Part shown: positions 59,256-64,000 of the stretch, one piece after another
Layout of the letters: every line of letters starts with the position of its first letter
How positions within the stretch are numbered: position 1 is the first letter of the stretch
Assembly: GCA_963748625.1 (NCBI GenBank)
Contig: CAVVJT010000007.1
Span: forward strand, 160,001 to 224,000
Direction of reading: 5' to 3'
Source of the DNA: an uncultured Chloroflexia bacterium
Lineage (GTDB): Bacteria; Chloroflexota; Limnocylindria; Limnocylindrales; CSP1-4
Length of the DNA stretch: 64,000 bases
Program-made: the position numbers and the translations under genes
Notes under the pieces: model-generated
What the model was told of the DNA's origin: nothing
The model's input: the letters and a program-made list of their open reading frames with translations, nothing else
The model's database searches: none

Positions 59256-60389
59256 ATGAATTCCAAGCAACGCGTCATCGCCGCGCTCGAGCACCGCGAG
59301 CCGGACCGGGTTCCGGTCGGCGAGATGGCCATCGACTTCGAGCTCACCCAGTTCGCGCTCGGTCGGCCGACCCTGTACCGCTCCAAGTGGAACGAGTACA
59401 TGGCCCTGTGGAACGGCCGACGCGACGAGATCGTTGCGAGCTACGGTCGCGACATCGTCGATCTCGTGCGCCATTACGACCTGGACTACCTCTCGATCCC
59501 CCTTGCGCCCGCGAGGCAGGCCACCTATGAGCCGCCGGAGTTCACCGGCGAGTACCAGTGGAAGGACAAGAACGGCCGCACCTGGCAGTACTCGCCGGAG
59601 TCCGAGGGTCACGCCATGTGCATCGATCCGATCGACCTCACGGTCGACGACATCGTGATGCCTCCGGACCCTGCACCGGTCGACTGGTCGCGGCTGGAGC
59701 ACTTCGAGTACATCGTCAAGGAGCTCGGGCAGACGCACTTCATCATGGGCCGGGTGCCCGCGGGCCTGTTCCCGTGGCAGGAGACGCTCGGCAGCATCGA
59801 CGGCTTCCTGATCAAGATGTACGACGATCCCGAGTTCGTCGATCGGGCGGTCGAGGCCCAGACGCGCGAGGCGATCGCGTACGCGAAGGCGATGATCGAG
59901 ATCGGCTGCGACGCCGTCTCGCCCGACGGTGACGTGTGCGACAACCGCGGACCCACGATGGGTCCCGATCTCTTCCGCCGGTTCTGCCTTCCCTCGGTCG
60001 GGCGCCTGGCGGATGCCATCCACGCCGCGGGCGGCTGGGATGTCATGCACAGCGACGGGTACCTCTGGCCGATCCTCGACGACCTCGTGACGGCCGGCAT
60101 CGATGGCTGGCAGGGCATCCAGCCGCGCATCGGCATGGACATGAAGCTCCTCAAGGAGCAGTTCGGCGACCGGTTGTGCCTGTTCGGCGGCGTCGACATC
60201 GACACACTCGTGCTCGGCAGCCCGGATGACGTCGCGGAGCAGGTCGACTACGCGATCACCCACGCGGCCGCGGGCGGCGGGCTCGTCATCGGATCAGGCA
60301 ACACCATCATGCCCGGCGTCCGACCCGAGAACTTCCAGGCCATGCTGGACCGGACGCGCCGGAGCGGCGCCTACCCGGCTCACGGCTGA
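59256..60389 (+). CDS. UroD/MtaA-CmuA methyltransferase family protein
   Basis: MNSKQRV..EPDRVP, MHSDG, LFGGVD, GGGLVIGSGN. Confidence 0.88.
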   Translation: MNSKQRVIAALEHREPDRVPVGEMAIDFELTQFALGRPTLYRSKWNEYMALWNGRRDEIVASYGRDIVDLVRHYDLDYLSIPLAPARQATYEPPEFTGEYQWKDKNGRTWQYSPESEGHAMCIDPIDLTVDDIVMPPDPAPVDWSRLEHFEYIVKELGQTHFIMGRVPAGLFPWQETLGSIDGFLIKMYDDPEFVDRAVEAQTREAIAYAKAMIEIGCDAVSPDGDVCDNRGPTMGPDLFRRFCLPSVGRLADAIHAAGGWDVMHSDGYLWPILDDLVTAGIDGWQGIQPRIGMDMKLLKEQFGDRLCLFGGVDIDTLVLGSPDDVAEQVDYAITHAAAGGGLVIGSGNTIMPGVRPENFQAMLDRTRRSGAYPAHG

Positions 60390-60436
60390 CCGACCGCCAC
60401 CCACCTCCGACGGGACCTGTAGAGGGAGCGAGACTG

Positions 60437-61672
60437 ATGAACGAACGCGAGAGGATGCTCGCCTGTCTGCGCGGCGAGCCGACGGACCAGCTGCCCTGGG
60501 CGCCTCGCATGGACCTGTGGTCCATCGCCCAGCAGGCTCGCGGGACCATGCCCGAGCGATTCAAGGGCCTGAACACGGCGCAGGTCGCGGACGAGCTCGG
60601 TGTGGGGTGCCACGCCGTCCGGGCGGACTGGACGATCGTCCCGCAGTTGGAGCGCGACCCCCGCGACTTCATGTGGCGCGCGTTCGGGTTCGAGACGTGC
60701 TGGGACTTCCCGTTCAAGCTGGAGATCAACGACCTCAAGGTCGACTTCAAGTACGAGGCCGGCGACGGATCCGGCAAGTACTGGACGACGATCCACACCG
60801 CCGCCGGGCCGCTCGAGACGTACATGGAGTACGAGAACTCCATGGCCAAGAACGGGATCACGGCGCCGGAGGTGAAGCTGTACCCGCTTCCCGACCCGAC
60901 GAACTGGGAGAAGGTCGCGCAGGTGTACGACGCCTTCGAGGTCGTGCCCACCCCGGACGCGTACCGCGCCTTCAAGGCCAGGATCGGTGACCGCGGCCTC
61001 GCGCTCGCGCAGGGCCCCAACTCCGCCTCGCCGATGCACTCGATCCTGCACATGCTCACGCCGATGGAGACGTTCTTCTACGCCTACATGGACGTGCCGG
61101 ACGAGCTCCACAAGCTCGCCGAGCGGATCACGCCCTTCTTCGAGCGGATCCTGGACGTCATGTGCGAGTGCGACGCGGAGGTCGTCTGGTGGGGTGCCAA
61201 CTACGACCAGGCCACCACGTGGCCGCACTTCTTCGCCACTGAGATCGTCGACTACGTCCGCATGGTCGGCGACCGCCTCCGCGCCTCCGGCAAGTACATG
61301 GCCAGCCACTGCGACGGCGAGAACGACAAGCTCCTGGAGTACATGCCGACCGCCCGGTTCGACATCGCCGAATCGGTGCCCACCGTGCCGATGGTGAAGC
61401 GCTCGCTCAAGGAGCTCCGCGAAGGGTTCGGCGAGCCCACCACCATCTGGGGCGGCCTGCCGGCGACCGCCTTCATGCCCGGCCCGATGTCCGACGAGTC
61501 GTTCGAGGCCCACCTCGACACCGTGTTCGGAGAGCTGGGATCCGGCAAGCGGACCATCCTGGGCGTCTCGGACAACGTGCCCGTGGACTGCACCATCGAG
61601 CGGCTGGACCGGGTGACCGAGCGGGTCAAGGCGTTCGGCCCCGTGAACCCGGCTCCGGCCGGGCAGCTCTAG
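60437..61672 (+). CDS. UroD/MtaA-CmuA methyltransferase family protein
   Basis: MNERERML..D.LPW, SHCDG, IWGG, ILGVSDNVP. Confidence 0.85.
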   Translation: MNERERMLACLRGEPTDQLPWAPRMDLWSIAQQARGTMPERFKGLNTAQVADELGVGCHAVRADWTIVPQLERDPRDFMWRAFGFETCWDFPFKLEINDLKVDFKYEAGDGSGKYWTTIHTAAGPLETYMEYENSMAKNGITAPEVKLYPLPDPTNWEKVAQVYDAFEVVPTPDAYRAFKARIGDRGLALAQGPNSASPMHSILHMLTPMETFFYAYMDVPDELHKLAERITPFFERILDVMCECDAEVVWWGANYDQATTWPHFFATEIVDYVRMVGDRLRASGKYMASHCDGENDKLLEYMPTARFDIAESVPTVPMVKRSLKELREGFGEPTTIWGGLPATAFMPGPMSDESFEAHLDTVFGELGSGKRTILGVSDNVPVDCTIERLDRVTERVKAFGPVNPAPAGQL

Positions 61673-61737
61673 GACGAGACTCGCACGGGTGGCTTTGGCG
61701 GACTCCGCCCGAGCCACCCGCGACCCCGAGAGGAGCA

Positions 61738-62139
61738 ATGACCATGGAGACAGCACAGCGGTCCGCCGTTCCGGTTGTCAGGCTGCCGGGCCGTGACATC
61801 CAGCGGATCATCGGCAAGGACGCCTTCCTTGCCAGCGGCCGCATGACCGTGGGGACCGCGCACTACTCGGACGGCGCGGGCCCGATGGAACCCCACCAGC
61901 ACGCCGAGGAGTGCATCGTGGTCCTGGAGGCGCGGGGGGCGCGGGTCCGGTATGGGCCCACTCCCGACGACCTGCCCACGGTGATCAACCTCGAGGCCGG
62001 CCTGGTGCTCCACATCCCGGAGCTCGAGTGGCACGTCTTCGAGTGGGATGCGGGTGGCCATGCCGACTGCCTCGTCATCTACGGCCAGGTCGACAACATC
62101 CGGCCGGAGGACATCCAGCAGGCGCAGGCTGCCGGCTGA
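61738..62139 (+). CDS. Cupin domain protein
   Basis: PHQHAEE and IPELEWHVF metal-binding motifs. Confidence 0.85.
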   Translation: MTMETAQRSAVPVVRLPGRDIQRIIGKDAFLASGRMTVGTAHYSDGAGPMEPHQHAEECIVVLEARGARVRYGPTPDDLPTVINLEAGLVLHIPELEWHVFEWDAGGHADCLVIYGQVDNIRPEDIQQAQAAG

Positions 62140-62189
62140 CGGGAAGCCGCGAGCCCCGGCAGGGCACCACGAGGAAGAAGGCATTCAAC

Positions 62190-63110
62190 ATGGCATCCGA
62201 GCAGCTGCCCACGGTCGGGTTCATCGGTCTCGGGATCATGGGCAAGCCGATGGTCCGCAACCTGTTGCGGGCGGGCTACGCCGTCACCGTTCACGATGTC
62301 GTCGCCGCGCCCGTTGACGAGCTTGTCGCCGATGGAGCCAGCAGCGCGGGAACGGCGCGCGAGGTGGCTGCGTCAACCGACCTGCTGATCACCATGCTGC
62401 CCGATTCGCCGGACGTCGAGGCCGTCTACCTCGGTGTCGACGGTGCGCTCGCGGCGGCCCGGCCCGGCTGGCTGGCCATCGACATGAGCTCCATCTCACC
62501 GCGGGTCGCCCGAGAGATGGCGGATCGCGCCGCTGCAGCTGGCGCCGAGATGCTTGACGCACCGGTCAGCGGCGGCGACAAGGGCGCGATCGCGGGCACC
62601 CTCTCGATCATGGTCGGCGGCTCGGACGCCGCCTTCGAGCGAGCCCAACCGGTCCTCGGGGCCATGGGCAAGACGATCGTCCATGTCGGGCCGTCGGGTG
62701 CCGGCCAGGTGGCCAAGGTGTGCAACCAGGTCGTCGTCGCGGTCGTCATCGAGGCGGTCTCGGAGGCGCTGGTCCTCGGCGCGAAGGCGGGGGTCGATCC
62801 AAACCGGATCGCGGACGTGCTCCAGGGCGGACTCGCGGCCACCAAGGTCCTCGAGATGCGGCGGTCCAACATCATGGATGGCAACTTCGCCCCGGGATTC
62901 CGTGTTCGCCTCCACCTCAAGGACCTCAAGAACGCGCTCGACCTGGCCCGGGAGGCGGGCGTCGTCCTGCCGGCCGCGGCGGGGGTTGAGCAGCTCATGC
63001 AGCGGATGCCGATCGCCGGCCGCGGCGACTACGACCACTCAGGCCTCATCACGGTCCTCGAGGACCTGGCCGGAGTCCGCGTCTGCGACGTCGCTGCCTC
63101 GCCTGAATGA
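62190..63110 (+). CDS. garR: Beta-hydroxyacid dehydrogenase (2-hydroxy-3-oxopropionate reductase-like)
   Basis: GFIGLGIMGKPM, DAPVSGG, GQVAKVCNQ, F.PGF..LHLKDL. Confidence 0.88.
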   Translation: MASEQLPTVGFIGLGIMGKPMVRNLLRAGYAVTVHDVVAAPVDELVADGASSAGTAREVAASTDLLITMLPDSPDVEAVYLGVDGALAAARPGWLAIDMSSISPRVAREMADRAAAAGAEMLDAPVSGGDKGAIAGTLSIMVGGSDAAFERAQPVLGAMGKTIVHVGPSGAGQVAKVCNQVVVAVVIEAVSEALVLGAKAGVDPNRIADVLQGGLAATKVLEMRRSNIMDGNFAPGFRVRLHLKDLKNALDLAREAGVVLPAAAGVEQLMQRMPIAGRGDYDHSGLITVLEDLAGVRVCDVAASPE

Positions 63111-63150
63111 CCGGGTGGACCAGAGAGCCAGGACACCCAGAGGGACCCAC

Positions 63151-64000
63151 ATGACCGACTACTTCAGCCGCCTCGTCTCGGAAACCCCATCCAGGGTCTG
63201 GGTCAACAACCCGACCGAAGAGGAGATGGGACTCGCGCTTGCCGCCGGAGCCGTCGGTGCGACGACGAACCCGGCGTATGGCGGAGGTCTCCTCCGGCGC
63301 TCGCCGGGCGAGGTCATCCCCGTCGTGGACGCATGCCTGTCCGCCTCCGATGACGACCGGGTGGTCGCCGATCTCGTCCAGCAGCGCCTCGTCGCCCGGA
63401 TCACCGCCCGCTTCCGGCCGCTCTTCGAGTCATCGGGCGGCACGGCCGGCTTCGTCTCGATCCAGGGGTCGCCGGAGACCGACGTGGACGGGGAGATCAT
63501 CTGGGAGGAGGCCGAGGCCGGCCACGCGATCGCTCCGAACGCGACGCCCAAGATCCCCGCCACCCTGCCCGGGTTCGTCGCCATGGAGCGGGTTGTCGAG
63601 CACGGCTGGCCGATCATCGTCACCGAGGTGTTCTCGCTCGACCAGGTTGAGGCCGCGTGCGAGCTCTATCTCCGCGTGACGGCCCGGACGGGCGTGCGCA
63701 GCCCGTTCTTCATGAGCCCCATCACCGGCATCCTGGGCGACCACCTCAAGAAGCTGGCGAAGGCCCAAGGCCTTGACGTGCCGGTCCGGGCCATGGATCT
63801 CGCCGGCATCGGCCTGTCGCGGCGCTGCGCCGCCCTGGTCGCCGAGCGCAACTACCCGGTGACGCTCCTGTTCGGTGGTGCCCGCATTCCGGAGGATCTC
63901 ACCGGGCTCATCGGCGCCGCGCACCATGCCACCATCAACTGGTCGACGTTCGCCGAGATCCGGGCGGCGAATCCGCCGATCGAGCGCACGATCACCGAGC
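63151..64000 (+). CDS. Transaldolase family protein, runs off window
   Basis: MTDYFSRL..WVNNP, GATTNP, VSIQG, PKIPAT (Schiff-base Lys); absent from the ORF track because it has no stop in the window. Confidence 0.85.
   Translation, partial: MTDYFSRLVSETPSRVWVNNPTEEEMGLALAAGAVGATTNPAYGGGLLRRSPGEVIPVVDACLSASDDDRVVADLVQQRLVARITARFRPLFESSGGTAGFVSIQGSPETDVDGEIIWEEAEAGHAIAPNATPKIPATLPGFVAMERVVEHGWPIIVTEVFSLDQVEAACELYLRVTARTGVRSPFFMSPITGILGDHLKKLAKAQGLDVPVRAMDLAGIGLSRRCAALVAERNYPVTLLFGGARIPEDLTGLIGAAHHATINWSTFAEIRAANPPIERTITE

Overview
This 64 kb window is high-GC bacterial chromosome; the gene content is compatible with a Chloroflexota such as Limnocylindria, but that is inference only. No rRNA, tRNA, cas genes or true CRISPR array were recognised. 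Highlights: (1) A four-gene operon (2592-7065) encodes a ferredoxin, an NAD(P)/FAD oxidoreductase, a His-rich membrane protein and a 30-heme cytochrome c built of ten tri-heme modules, a candidate trans-membrane electron conduit. (2) A ~19 kb GntR/FadR-associated catabolic island (44997 to the window end) has three promoters sharing the box TTGACN-N8-GATTGTCCTACA[AG]T. It combines a sugar ABC importer, a lactonase-like amidohydrolase, two TPP-dependent E1 systems each with a free-standing lipoyl domain and no E2/E3 in view, a corrinoid protein, three UroD/MtaA-family proteins, a cupin, a beta-hydroxyacid dehydrogenase and a transaldolase. This looks like an uncharacterised B12-dependent pathway for a modified (possibly methylated) sugar. 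(3) Three distinct 135-170 bp intergenic repeat families each occur twice, and one copy is interrupted by an IS110 remnant. (4) GreA is fused to a degenerate GIY-YIG-like domain. The rest is housekeeping and accessory genes (ABC/MFS transporters, opp operon, DEAD-box helicase, tag, ybaK, SpoIID, hydrolases, a GAF/PAS kinase). At least five frameshifts are visible and may be assembly errors. All calls come from reading motifs by eye; no database search was run.
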